A DNA stretch of 63,282 nt, filler included, from Octopus bimaculoides (taxonomy: Eukaryota), in assembly GCF_001194135.2 (NCBI RefSeq). It is 4 parts of 4 records of this genome, joined end to end, with 100 filler letters (N's around TTAATTAATTAA, not from the genome) between each part and the next. Parts side by side here need not be neighbours in the genome. Positions count along the whole stretch, not along the records: positions 1 to 20,942 come from NC_068990.1; positions 21,043 to 48,734 come from NC_068989.1; 2 more parts are not named here. One strand, written 5' to 3'. Positions 13,228-26,125 of this stretch are shown piece after piece. A model generated the notes under the pieces. It was not told the DNA's origin. It made no database searches and saw only the letters and a list, made by a program, of their open reading frames with translations. The position numbers and the translations under genes are program-made. How positions within the stretch are numbered: the stretch's first letter is position 1; each line of letters begins with the position of its first letter.

Positions 13228-13778
13228 AGTGTCTGTGATATCATAAAAGCGAATTCATAAAAATAAAAATGAAATAATTTGATGCAAATTTCTCCTCAAA
13301 CATAAGCTATAAAAATAAATTGTCTATTCTGGCCAACCCTGTTGCTGTAATGATAGATTTTACAACCTTTGCCTCTGCGTAAACCTCCTTCCGAGTCTTT
13401 TCGCCGACAGGAGAAAAAAATCTTTTAATAAGCGTAACGAACTAATTGTCAATTGTAAACCTAACTTAAGATTTACATTCAAGAACTTTATGAGAGAAAA
13501 CAGATAACCACTTAACGACATTTCATTCTTATGAATATGTTTTGTTTATATATATGTATATATGTGTATGTATGTATATATATATATACATATATATATA
13601 TTCATTATTTCTTTCATTTATATTTGCCTTTTATAATATATCTTTCTCTACGTTATTCATAGCGTTCTATTTCTCTTTGTTTTTGTTTTTCATTTGTCAT
13701 GAAAATAGTTTCATTTGTGGGTTACATCTCCCTCTGTGTCATTTCGTTATGTTTCACAATGTTCACATACCTCTCTAT

Positions 13779-13818
<40 letters not shown>

Positions 13819-14551
13819 ACACACACACACACTCACACTCACACACACACACACGCATACACACACACACACTCACACACACACACACACACACGCATAC
13901 ACACACACACAGAGACATGGATAAACAAATATACGAGCATTTATATACACTCACACACGCAGCTATATACCAATATACAAACATATATAAACCATACACA
14001 AGTGCATACAGCCTACTTGTTATTAGAGAAATCAATAACAGAAATACATATCTATGCCATACAACATATCTACGCTAATCATACTGTACACACATGGCTA
14101 CTTAAATCATAAGCATATCCCTTCTTTCATGTATGTAAGCACTTACGTACATAAGTGCGCGTTAGAATATGGAGTTATGTATGTACAGATACATGACTCC
14201 ATACACTAACTTATATATACACATATCATTACATTTGTGCGTGTATATATATATATATATACACAACCACACTTGTCTGCAATGCACGATTATGATACTT
14301 CTTCTCTGAGATTATGATATTCGCCAGTTCGCTCTCAGCATCTTCCTCTTTTATGAGTATGCATAATTTTAATTTGGTTACTTCTGATATTGACAATTCA
14401 AAAGTAGTTTAAATTATACACACACACACGCACACACACACACATACACATTTATATTTATATATACATACGTATATGTGTGTGTGTACACATATACGTG
14501 TATGTATGTGTGTATATATACCTATACATACATACATACCTACACGCAGAC

Positions 14552-14596
<45 letters not shown>

Positions 14597-14842
14597 NNNN
14601 NNNNNNNNNNNNNNNNNNNNNNNNNNNNNNNNNNNNNNNNNNNNNNNNNNNNNNNNNNNNNNNNNNNNNNNNNNNNNNNNNNNNNNNNNNNNNNNNNNNN
14701 NNNNNNNNNNNNNNNNNNNNNNNNNNNNNNNNNNNNNNNNNNNNNNNNNNNNNNNNNNNNNNNNNNNNNNNNNNNNNNNNNNNNNNNNNNNNNNNNNNNN
14801 NNNNNNNNNNNNNNNNNNNNNNNNNNNNNNNNNNNNNNNNNN

Positions 14843-14879
<37 letters not shown>

Positions 14880-15648
14880 GTGTGTGTGTGTGTGTGTATG
14901 CATGTATATATGTATGTATGTATGTTTGTATGTATATAAATGTATATATACACATACAGATGTATATGTATGCATATATACACACTTATATACGCCTATA
15001 TATGAATGTATGAGGAATCGCACGTGTACACTTACGCACGTATAAATATATGTGTGTGTTTGTATGAATATTCATATATGCATGTGTCTACACATTTATA
15101 CACACAGACAAACGCGCGCGCACACACACACACACAATTATACTAACACCATCCAATTTGTCGAACTTATCGAAGGTTGTTGTTGACATCTTGTTATTTG
15201 CAAGATTTTGGAATAATTTTGTGCAAGACTCCAGTCTGCAAGAAACGTAATTCGTTTCAAACTGAATGAACTGGGAGAATACGGAATGAAATTGAAGTGG
15301 TCAAGAAATAGACACGAAGACATAACAATCTGATTGTATATCAAACAGCCTTGCTGCTGGACCACGTATCATCATCGGAAAGGGAAATATATTTGTTCTT
15401 ATTACTATATCTGTAATAACTGCCCAATACATTACTTTACTAATGGCGTTGCTTTGCTCAGGGATAATGTGTCCAGAATAAACTTACGAGGATTACTATT
15501 AAAATACTATTTTTATAGCCTCAAAAAAGAAAAAAAGGACAATCACAGTAGTTAAAATATATATATTAGCGACAGAGGCAGTATTAATACCGAAAACTAA
15601 TATTTGTTTCCACTAAAACGCGGATGTAATGTTAGAATAAACTACATT

Positions 15649-15801
15649 CTGAGTTTATTTTACAGGGCTTAGAAAAACTGAAGGACCCCTGTAATAAGTG
15701 TGCGAATCTGAGATGGGAAAATGTTGAATAAATTCATAATTAATTGATCCTCTTGTATTTTCTTTTACCCAAAGCCAGGAACATTTCTGCATCCTCTCGT
15801 A
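15649..15801 (+). mobile_element. Mariner 3' remnant
   Basis: Encodes QGLEKLKDPCNKCANLRWENVE* (mariner transposase C-terminus), followed by a TIR-like end ..CCTCTCGTA. Confidence 0.7.
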
Positions 15802-15814
15802 TGTATATATATAT

Positions 15815-16030
15815 TGAGGGGTCGTTGAAAAGTTCTTGGCCTTCAGCGTGTCGCGAATGGCATGGTTGGAGGCCCAACCTTCCGAGTGTTATTACAGGCT
15901 TAGAAAAACTGAAGGGCCACTGCCGTAAGTGTGTGAATGTGAGAGGGGAATACATTGAATAAAATCATAATTAAATGAACCTTCTGTATTTTCTTTTAAC
16001 CAAAGCCAAGAACTTTTAAGCACTCCCTCG
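15815..16030 (+). mobile_element. Internally deleted mariner (MITE-like, ~216 bp)
   Basis: Imperfect TIRs GAGGGGTCGTTGAAAAGTTCTTGGC / GCCAAGAACTTTTAAGCACTCCCTC; encodes GLEKLKGHCRKCVNVRGEYIE*. Confidence 0.75.
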
Positions 16031-16528
16031 CATTAAAAGGTTGTGCTAACATGCTTAATTTAGGAAGCAAAATAATTGTATTTAGTAAAATTAAACTCCT
16101 TCCGTTGCATTTCTATCATCCAGCCACCCATCCATCATCTCCGCCAGTATTCTTTGGTAGAACTGTCCTCAAGTACTTTCTTCAACGTTTTGTCCACACT
16201 GTATTTCTATTTAATTAAATTTTCTGGGTTGTCTCCCTTGCTTTCCTTCACTATATTTTATCATTAAGCTAATGGTTCTTTACCAAAACCAAGCATGTAA
16301 TTTTAATTAATTTCATTTTCGCTGACAACAGTGATAACGCTAGCACCGACCTTACCATTTCTGCGTTATTGTGTTGGTCCACTGAACTCGCTTAAAATCA
16401 TTAAATCCCTATTTTTTTTTTAATGCAGAAGATGCTCATTTTGTGATTTTAACCAGTCTATTTATATCTCTCTATCTATCTGCCTGTCTATCTATATATC
16501 TATATAGCTATATATATATATAAATTCG

Positions 16529-16598
<70 letters not shown>

Positions 16599-17468
16599 AT
16601 GTAGGCATGCCTCAACTTACGTTGTTTCAAGTAATGTCTTTTCCAACATTTAAGAAATAAAACTGAACTTCAGTCGAGTTATCCGTCGTAAGTTGGATAA
16701 TCATAAAAATGACAAAAAAAAAAAAAAAAAAATTGCGAAAATATACATACATACCTTTCATTAAAACAGACAGAAGATAATATATATATTTTTTAAATGA
16801 TTTGTCGTGTTGCGTCGTTTTGTACGTTTCTTCGCATGCCTTACAATCAGTGACCGACGTAAGCTGAGGTGTACTTGTATGAAATTGGCATTCCGTCGAT
16901 GAATGTATGTATGTATGTATATCACGAGAAAGCATTGGGATACTATTTCGGATTTTCCCTAGGCTTTTCTTTAGAGGTACATCTGTCAATATTCATGCAA
17001 ATCACTACGTTACATTCTCTAGGATCTTCAGGATGAATGGCACCTGGCGTTAAAAAAATGAATATTCTTCATTTATTATCAATCAGATATGAATGAAAAA
17101 TGTACTTTATTTCAGATACGAAATAAATCAAAGAGATTTCCGTTTACCCTGAAACTGTTATTGGGAAAATTACAATTGTCGCACTCTCTGCACTAAACCA
17201 GTTTGTGTAAAAAGGTGTCGGTGAAAGAGACTCGACTTACCCGTTCGATTCGTTAGATAGGTTAGGAGTTAGATGGACAGATGAATAGCTGGATAATCAA
17301 CTAGAGAAACAGCTAGATGGAATCACACACACACACACACACATACACGCACGTCTTCCCCCAGAAAGATAAATAAATTGATAAATAAATAAATGCATAG
17401 GCAGACAAAGAGCTAGTTAGCTAGATACGATTAGAAATACAGAGCATTAATATGATAGATTTGGTCGC

Positions 17469-17504
<36 letters not shown>

Positions 17505-18622
17505 NNNNNNNNNNNNNNNNNNNNNNNNNNNNNNNNNNNNNNNNNNNNNNNNNNNNNNNNNNNNNNNNNNNNNNNNNNNNNNNNNNNNNNNNNNNNNNNN
17601 NNNNNNNNNNNNNNNNNNNNNNNNNNNNNNNNNNNNNNNNNNNNNNNNNNNNNNNNNNNNNNNNNNNNNNNNNNNNNNNNNNNNNNNNNNNNNNNNNNNN
17701 NNNNNNNNNNNNNNNNNNNNNNNNNNNNNNNNNNNNNNNNNNNNNNNNNNNNNNNNNNNNNNNNNNNNNNNNNNNNNNNNNNNNNNNNNNNNNNNNNNNN
17801 NNNNNNNNNNNNNNNNNNNNNNNNNNNNNNNNNNNNNNNNNNNNNNNNNNNNNNNNNNNNNNNNNNNNNNNNNNNNNNNNNNNNNNNNNNNNNNNNNNNN
17901 NNNNNNNNNNNNNNNNNNNNNNNNNNNNNNNNNNNNNNNNNNNNNNNNNNNNNNNNNNNNNNNNNNNNNNNNNNNNNNNNNNNNNNNNNNNNNNNNNNNN
18001 NNNNNNNNNNNNNNNNNNNNNNNNNNNNNNNNNNNNNNNNNNNNNNNNNNNNNNNNNNNNNNNNNNNNNNNNNNNNNNNNNNNNNNNNNNNNNNNNNNNN
18101 NNNNNNNNNNNNNNNNNNNNNNNNNNNNNNNNNNNNNNNNNNNNNNNNNNNNNNNNNNNNNNNNNNNNNNNNNNNNNNNNNNNNNNNNNNNNNNNNNNNN
18201 NNNNNNNNNNNNNNNNNNNNNNNNNNNNNNNNNNNNNNNNNNNNNNNNNNNNNNNNNNNNNNNNNNNNNNNNNNNNNNNNNNNNNNNNNNNNNNNNNNNN
18301 NNNNNNNNNNNNNNNNNNNNNNNNNNTCTACGACAAAATAGGAAAACTTCATATAACAGCAGCATCCAGAAATTTTAAAAATATAAAATTTGGAGAGAGT
18401 TAGGTCTTTAAACGAACAAACAGAAACAGAGTGGTCGTACAGAGTAAACAATCGAACAAGAGAAACATTAAAGGCTGTTAGGACAAGATGAATTGTAATG
18501 GGTAATGCATGGGAGAAGTTTTGAAAGGATATAGAATAAATAGAAGAGAAGAAAATAGTAGAAGAGATGTCGAGAGGCGAGAGAAATGGCCTGTAGTCAC
18601 GTGTGAGCAACAGGCGGAGGTG

Positions 18623-18671
<49 letters not shown>

Positions 18672-18673
<2 letters not shown>

Positions 18674-18876
18674 TTATGTCTGTGTTTCTCACGCCTCCAT
18701 CGCTTGACAACCGGTATTGGTTTGTTTATGACCCCGTTAACTAGCGGTTCGGCAATAGAGATTGATAGATTAATTACCAGGCTTTAAAAAATTACTGGGT
18801 TCGATACATTCGACTATAAATTGTTCAAGGCAGTGCTCCAGCATGGCCGCAGTCTAATGACTGAAACAAGTAGAAT
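18672..18876 (+). mobile_element. 3' half of a tRNA-derived SINE
   Basis: CATCGCTTGACAACCGG...GTGCTCCAGCATGGCCGCAGTCTAATGACTGAAACAAGTA matches the 3' half of 57691-58074. Confidence 0.7.
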
Positions 18877-18896
18877 ATATATATATATATATAGAC

Positions 18897-18966
<70 letters not shown>

Positions 18967-19723
18967 GCATCCAAATCCACACTCAGATCACAGACTGTCA
19001 TATGAAATAAAAAAGGACATATTTGATAATGAATTCCTAAATATAGTATGAAAAGTGTCAGGAAGTTTTATGGTGAGTGAAATCGGGCAGGGAGAAACAA
19101 GAAGTCAACAGAAGCTCATCGGGTGGATTTTGATTTGTAAAATCAAAAGAAACTACCTTGCCATACACTGCGTCACACTGGGTTACATAAAAAAAAGTTA
19201 CATTAAAGTTACACGTGCCTATGGAATACTGAATCACTTATCCGCGAATTACTCCGCGAGTAGCTAGTTGGGTTGATCACACAACTGGGACAAGTTTTCC
19301 ATTGATGAAATCGATGGAGATAGAATTTTCTTCATTTTTTTAAAGTGTATTTGCTTTTGTTTTTATAAAGAAATACATTGTATATGACCTTTATAAAGAC
19401 TTCCGAGACCACTGAGGGGAAACTTAGGAGCAAGCATGTAAGTGAATTTATATGGCGAATTGCTTGCGGGATGAATATGTGACAAGTGAAAGAAATATAC
19501 GCAGGAGTTCATATTCACCTCATTGTTGAAACAATGGATCTTTAATAAAGCAAAATATTGAAACAAAACCTGGCTAATTAATTAGTATCCTTTGTTTAGT
19601 CTCCTGTGTAACACGACTGAGCAGTGGACGATGTCGGTTGCATTTCTAAGTAGCCCACACTCAATTACCCAAGTTGTTCAAGCAGAACGTAGGAGCTTGT
19701 TGAATGCATAGTTCTCCTTATAG

Positions 19724-19818
<95 letters not shown>

Positions 19819-20145
19819 CACACAGGCACACACACAACACGTATGCACGCACTCAGGCACGTACGCACGTATACATGCTCACATGTATGTACAGATATAT
19901 TTGTTTATGTATGTACGTTCGTAAATGCATTTCTTACACAGGCACGTGGTGTGTAAAGTGAACAAAAGGGAGAGAGGAGAACACAAGATATAGAAACTTG
20001 TAGAAAGACACAGGGCTTTGTTAAATACATATAAGTAGAGTGTATATATATATATATATATATGTAGGTATGTGCGTGTGGGTATACTTCTGTTAATCTA
20101 TGTACCTCTCTCTCTCTTTGTGTGTGTGCATATATATATATTTAT

Positions 20146-20200
<55 letters not shown>

Positions 20201-20217
20201 GGAGAGTATGTGTTCAT

Positions 20218-20270
20218 GACACAGGCTGATGAGACATAACATATGTCGAAACACTTGATGTCCCAGTATC
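20218..20270 (+). ncRNA. Type I hammerhead ribozyme
   Basis: CUGAUGA (20226-32), stem II GACAUA/UAUGUC, GAAA (20248-51), stem III ACA/UGU with loop CUUGA, GUC cleavage triplet (20260-62), interrupted stem I. Confidence 0.75.
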
Positions 20271-21110
20271 TCTTGTACTAATGAACTGAGAGTGTATTGA
20301 ACACATCGTCGTTAAGAAGCTGCTTTCCTGTGACAAAAACAACGGCGAATAGCATATTTGCGTTCGAGTCCGTCGTAAAGAATTGAAAAAATAAATACAT
20401 ATAGTCCTGAAAGATAGTGATGCACTGAAAGGCGAACATTCTAATTCTGAAGCGGAAATACTCCGTTTAGCTGAAGAACGGAGCTAAAAGTTTAGATAGC
20501 TTGCTATACGTGGTAGTCCTAGTCCAACGCACAAATACACAGAAGCACACATTCACATACACATACACATACGCCTACATATGTAGGCGTACGTACACTC
20601 ATACATGCATACGTACACTCACACATACGTATGTGTATGTGTGTATGTATGTATATGTACATGTGTGTATGTGTGTGTGTGCGTGTGTGAGTGTGTGTGT
20701 ATTCATCTGCAAACTTTCATACGAAATCACAATAATTTCAATGTTATTATTAGCGAAAGTGAAACCGGTCGACAACCACAATACTCTTTTATTCAAAATA
20801 TATTAAAACTATGTAAATTGCGACATGTTCCTTATTTTATTATTTGTTTATACAAATTTGCATTACAACTCATCACGTGAAGTCAATCGAAATTCTCTTC
20901 CTCCCTTTTCTTACAACTGTATATATATATATATATATATATNNNNNNNNNNNNNNNNNNNNNNNNNNNNNNNNNNNNNNNNNNNNTTAATTAATTAANN
21001 NNNNNNNNNNNNNNNNNNNNNNNNNNNNNNNNNNNNNNNNNNTAGTGCATGGTAAATATGTTTCTTTGTGTATACCTACCTACTACCTGCCTGCCTGCCT
21101 ACTTACATAA

Positions 21111-21431
21111 GGTAAAGAAAACCCTTCGGTCATGAATGTCCCTTGATTTTTTCCTAGACGTCCGGGCAAAATTGTTTATAGAAGACCAGAAGTCACCCTT
21201 GCATACCAGCCTCCCCTCTCCACACCACCAATGTTACCCAGGAGAAAGGCAAATACCGATACAGCTTGGTACCAGTGACTTCGTAACTAATTTCTACAGC
21301 TGAGTGAACTAGAGCAACGTGAAATAAAGTGTCTTGCTCAGGAACACATCAAACATCCTGGTCCAGGACTCAAACTCATTATCTTAAGATTGTGAACCCG
21401 ACACTGTAACCATTGAGCCCTGCACCTTCAC
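21111..21431 (-). mobile_element. tRNA-derived SINE (third family)
   Basis: Minus strand: GTGAAGGTGCAGGGCTCAATGGTTAC head, GAGTTTGAGTCC B-box remnant and GTGTTCCTGAGCAAGACACTTTA core box. Confidence 0.75.
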
Positions 21432-21819
21432 GTACCTACCTACCTACCTACCTACATACATACATACATACATACATACATACATACATACATACATACC
21501 TGCCTACATGCCTACCTGCCTACCTGCCTACCTAGATACATATATACGTTTGCACATATATATACACATACACATACACTCGTGTGTACATATATATTTA
21601 TGTAGTAGTCTGTGCATTTGTGTGTGTTGCTGCTTATTTCCGTCAAACCGTGAAGACATAGGCTGATGGTCAACTAACACAGTATGTAGACATACAAGAG
21701 TGATTATATCCCTGGCCCGCACTACAAAGTAATTGTAATTTCGATATCTTTGCGAAACACTTGAACAATTGTATTCGAAGAAACTCAGAGAAACCAGTTT
21801 CCTATGTACGACATTTGTC

Positions 21820-22075
21820 GAGTTTAGTATTGGTTTCAGATTTTGGCACAAGACCAGCAATATCGGAGGTCAGGGTGGATAAGTCGATTACTTCGACCTC
21901 AATACTCAACTGTTACTTATTTTATCGATACCGAAATGATAAACGGCAAGGTCAACCTCAGCGAAATTTTAACTCAGAACGTCAAGACTGACGAAATGCC
22001 GGCAAGCATTTTGTTTGTAGGACTAATATTGGACACCCATATCAAATGAGATTTGGCTGCTATTTCTACCCGGTA
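21820..22075 (-). mobile_element. Decayed SINE fragment
   Basis: Plus-strand TACTTATTTTATCGATACCGAAATGATAAACGGCAAGGTCAACCTCAGCGAAATTTTAACTCAG resembles a SINE central domain followed by a reverse-complemented B-box. Confidence 0.5.
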
Positions 22076-23131
22076 TTTCAACCACTTAAGTATTTACTCA
22101 TCACCTTTTTTACGTAGAAACGTGTGATGTGTGGTGATGTATATGTCTGATGCTATTTGTCTTTAATCATTATGTCTAACTATGTGTTAACGTCAATATG
22201 CCAATATCTTGAGGTATATTGATGTTGATCTGTTACATAATGGGGAATTCTGAATGAAGTGAGGGAAGCAGAATAAAGTATAACACATGAATAAAGTATC
22301 TTATTCATGTGTTATGAACAGATAATATAGTCCTATTATTCACTTTGCTATTTCGCTTCTGTGCTATGAAATATAATCGCTGCAGTAACTTCAAACATCA
22401 GCTATAATTGTGTCAGCCCATATTTCGGGACTTGGTTTGAGATGTGACATTAGCGGATGTCAGAAACGTGCTTGAACGAAATAGATTTATTCTCCCTTCT
22501 AGAGTAGACACATATATCAATGAAGACATAAAATGAATGGATATTTATAATGTTGTCCGGAGTTTTGTCATTCAGGTTATGACTAATAAACAAAAGACAT
22601 AATCATGTACAATTACCTACATTTCTCATACAAATATTAAGTCACACAAAGAATGAAACAAAATGTATGTATGTGTGATTGACATAGTTGTTTTGCAATC
22701 ATATGATACTTCCTGGAAATTTATTCTAAAAACCTAAGAGAATCACACACCTAGCTTGATTGAGAAAAATAGAACAGAAAGCCTTGAGCTGGACACTATC
22801 AGTTCTAGGTTGAGCGTATTAATTTCAGATATGTTTGTCGACATCAGTTGATTTTTAGGTGTAGTTAGCGACGACGTTACAGTTGCAATACTTTGTCTAA
22901 GAATCCTATGTGAAAATGATGCATGGTAAATGGATTCTTCCTTCATTTCTCTCATCTCACCTGTTGCGGCGTAATTTCGCAGAGAAAAATGCTGCCAAAG
23001 TCCTTCCAACCCCGACAAAGCCATACAAGCAAGCCATGATTATTTTCAACCTCTGTTTTATTAAATGTCTACTTATGTGACTAGTATGTTATTTCAGAGA
23101 ATAATGAGGTTAAAATCGAAACACTTTTCTT

Positions 23132-24031
23132 GGATCTTTCTGATTTGACGGGCAACACTTTTCATTAATGTTTTATATAATGTTTTTTGGTACCGAAACA
23201 CTTTCAAACTTCGTATACTTATATATTTTGTGTTATAGAACAGATAAAAATGTTTGTATTCGAAGTTATGTCATGTAAAAAAATTGTCGTATTTCGGTAA
23301 TTTCAACCAATCACTGACGTCTATTGAGGTGAAAACAATTACTGCCGTGGAATGTAAGCAACGGTGTCATGAGATCTTTTCCCTTGAATAAAGTTAGTGC
23401 CATTGTTTGTCAACAACAACAATCCGTGTTACTCTTATTTATGACATCGTTCGTGCGTTTGTACTGGTTTTAGCTTTAGGGGTTTAGGGTTAGGGTTCGG
23501 GTTTTAAAGTTAGGGTTAGTTTTAGGATTGCGGTTAGGGTTATGATTATTTTTGCCATAAACTCACTCATAACCCTAACACTAACCCTAAAACCCTATAA
23601 CTCATAACCATAACCCTAGCCCTAACCCCAACCCTAACCCTAAAACCCTAACCCTAACTCTAAAACCCGAACCCAAACCGTAAATCCCCAAACCCTTACT
23701 AGGGAATAATGATATAATTAAACAGGGAATAACACTCTTGACACCGGCAAAAATTATTGTTTATAAAAAGAGTAGTAACTGTATTCAGCTGANNNNNNNN
23801 NNATTATTGTTTATAAAAAGAGTAGTAACTGTATTCAGCTGAATAGACGTCAGTGATTGGTTGAAATTACAGAAATACGACAACTTTAACATGAAATAGC
23901 TTGCAATATATAAATTTTTGTTAAGAAAACTAAGAGAAAAAGATGTTTTATATGACATATTCTACCAGCATCCCAAGTTTGAAAGTGTTTCGTTAAGAAA
24001 ACAAGTGTTGCCCGTCAAATCAGAAAGATCC
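23132..24031. mobile_element. Non-autonomous foldback DNA transposon (MITE), possibly Merlin-like
   Basis: Perfect 29-bp TIRs GGATCTTTCTGATTTGACGGGCAACACTT (23132-23160 and 24003-24031), 8-bp TSD CTTTTCTT (23124-31 and 24032-39), and further internal inverted blocks. The superfamily call is inferred from GG termini plus the 8-bp TSD. Confidence 0.85.
23470..23697. repeat. Inverted degenerate telomeric arrays (TTAGGG)n-spacer-(CCCTAA)n
   Basis: G-rich 23470-23542 and C-rich 23570-23697, with mirrored variants (GGGTTCGGGTTTT / AAAACCCGAACCC). Confidence 0.9.
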
Positions 24032-25559
24032 CTTTTCTTAATAATTATTTCATAAAATAAGGCATTGTTTAAAATCTTATCTAACAAAAATTAAAATCAG
24101 TTACAAGGAAACGAAATGAACTAATATTAACTTCGATATCCTAAGATTATACACAAAGACAAATAAGTGTCTATGATGAACAGTAATGCAAAATATATCA
24201 TACATATTGAACAAAATTGCGTATCTGTTTTTAACCGCTAAATATTTATTTAATCTTATCTCGTACTTCTTCAATAAGGATGACATGAAAAGTATACCAC
24301 TTCCGTTCATTGCTGATATAACTGTTGAACTTCAGTATCAGTAACAGATATTAGACCATGTCCCCGTTAAAATACTATTTTCTACATCTGTGATCGAAGT
24401 GTTACACGCTTACAGACATAAGTGCTACATCGATAAAAAAAAAACCTCGTGTTATACATGGAGTTACTCAAACTCTAAAATTTAAACGTGATGTCCAGTC
24501 ACTCTATTTGCTTCAGAACTCTCACAAATTCACTTCTTGATCCCATTGGCCAACTGAATGCACACTAGCTCAGCCTAAGCTTATTAGGCAGGGTATATTT
24601 CCCTTTCCTTGTATCTACATAATATCTGTCTCACTATATATTTTTTTTATTTGCAAACTCTCTTCACAATGGGTCAATCGTTTGGAATATCTGCGACACC
24701 CATATGTCACCGTTAATTTCTAGATGTTCAAGATCAAAATCAACGGCATCGAAATCAGCAGCTTTGGAAGAAGAGTGTTATAGAAATAGATTCTTCCTGT
24801 AGATTGAACTCTTAAAAATAACCGATGCTCTGTATTACCCACCCTACCCCCGCACTGTGTGCATTAAAGGATTGTTTAAAACATTTTCAGGTTTATAATT
24901 CATCGCCGAGGAAGAAAATGTAATTTAATGTTTTAGTCGTGTTTATTTGAGAAGAGAAAAAGAACATTGAATTACGAAATTGTTTACATTAACTACACCG
25001 TGTTGAATAAAAAATGTAAGCAGGACGGAATTGCGTAAAATAGAGTTTCAAACCGATAAGTAGTTAATTATTTCAGTTCTCTTGGTCATACCTATCTACG
25101 GCTTCCACTACAGTGTTGTCTGCATTACAGATTTGTTATCTCCCATTTGCTTTATTTGCTGTTGAATACAGCCTATGTATCATGCATCCATAATTGAATA
25201 CTTTTGCATTAAGAAAGCATCATTATCTTCCCAAACCTCAGACACTGATTAACGTCATCCTGTGTACTTCACGTTACCGCTCTAATGCTTATACACACAA
25301 ATTTATATACAAACACTTATACGTTTCAAGTGTACAAAGTGTACATTTATATACTAATATACATGCAATGCTTATGAATGCAAATACATGCCATCCAGAT
25401 GAACAACATAAGCATGTCCATGTACAGTGTTATGCATTGAAATATATATATATATATATATATATATATNNNNNNNNNNTATATATATATATATATATAC
25501 GCATGTGTCCGTTTATATATATGAGCATGCGTGCATATAAATAACGTTTACTTTGTATA

Positions 25560-25776
25560 TCCATGCAGATATACAGATGCATGGGTTAAAATACACGTAG
25601 AACACTTTGGATTTCCCTCAAATTACATATCCCCAAACATATTTTTGAGATACGTTCCTATCCTGTTTGTTGTTATAACAACATTTCGGCTGATTTACTC
25701 TCCAGCCTTCATCAGGGGTCCTGGTAGAATTTTGAACCCAAACCTGGGTTCTCATTCCTAAGGTACTTTTTGCTGA

Positions 25777-25815
<39 letters not shown>

Positions 25816-26117
25816 TATTATTATTATTCAAGGCACTGCCTGGAATTGAACTCTTGGGGTTAGTAGGCCGCGCTCTTAACCGTTACGCTATACGGCCGTG
25901 GGCAATTACAGAGTGAATTTTAAGGCTTGTAAACCTAATATGTTTGTATTCTTCCGTAATAATGGTTCCCATATTCTACTTATATCTGCACTAGGTCTGC
26001 TTAGGAGATTATTGTGTCCTAGTTTTCGTAATTTCCTGTAGTGTCGTCTGTCTATTATTCGAACTTCTTCCCAAAGGAGAAGGTCATCTCCACTTTTCCA
26101 TACGCATGGTATTCCAT
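25560..26117 (-). mobile_element. Inverted copy of the PLE 3' terminal repeat (pseudo-LTR)
   Basis: The reverse complement aligns to ~27280-27730 (endonuclease end, tRNA-like segment, (AAT)n, hammerhead). Confidence 0.85.
25675..25722 (-). ncRNA. Minimal PLE-type hammerhead ribozyme (partly decayed)
   Basis: Minus strand CUGAUGA-A-GGCUG-gagaguaaau-CAGCC-GAAA-UGUU; stem II is perfect, stem I is weak. Confidence 0.65.
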
Positions 26118-26125
26118 TAAGACCT

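Noticed and set aside
20987-20998. TTAATTAATTAA island inside N-runs (also 48779-48790 and 57124-57135)
   Set aside because: An identical 12-mer centred in equal-length N padding three times; an artificial scaffolding linker with stops in all frames, not biology.
23470-23697. Ancient telomere-telomere chromosome fusion site
   Set aside because: The array lies symmetrically inside a TIR- and TSD-bounded element, so transposition explains it better.
23754-23841. ~40-bp direct repeat across a 10-N gap (similar cases at 56060-56162 and 57760-57882 vs 58168-58285)
   Set aside because: Identical sequence on both sides of a gap is typical of unmerged contig overlaps.
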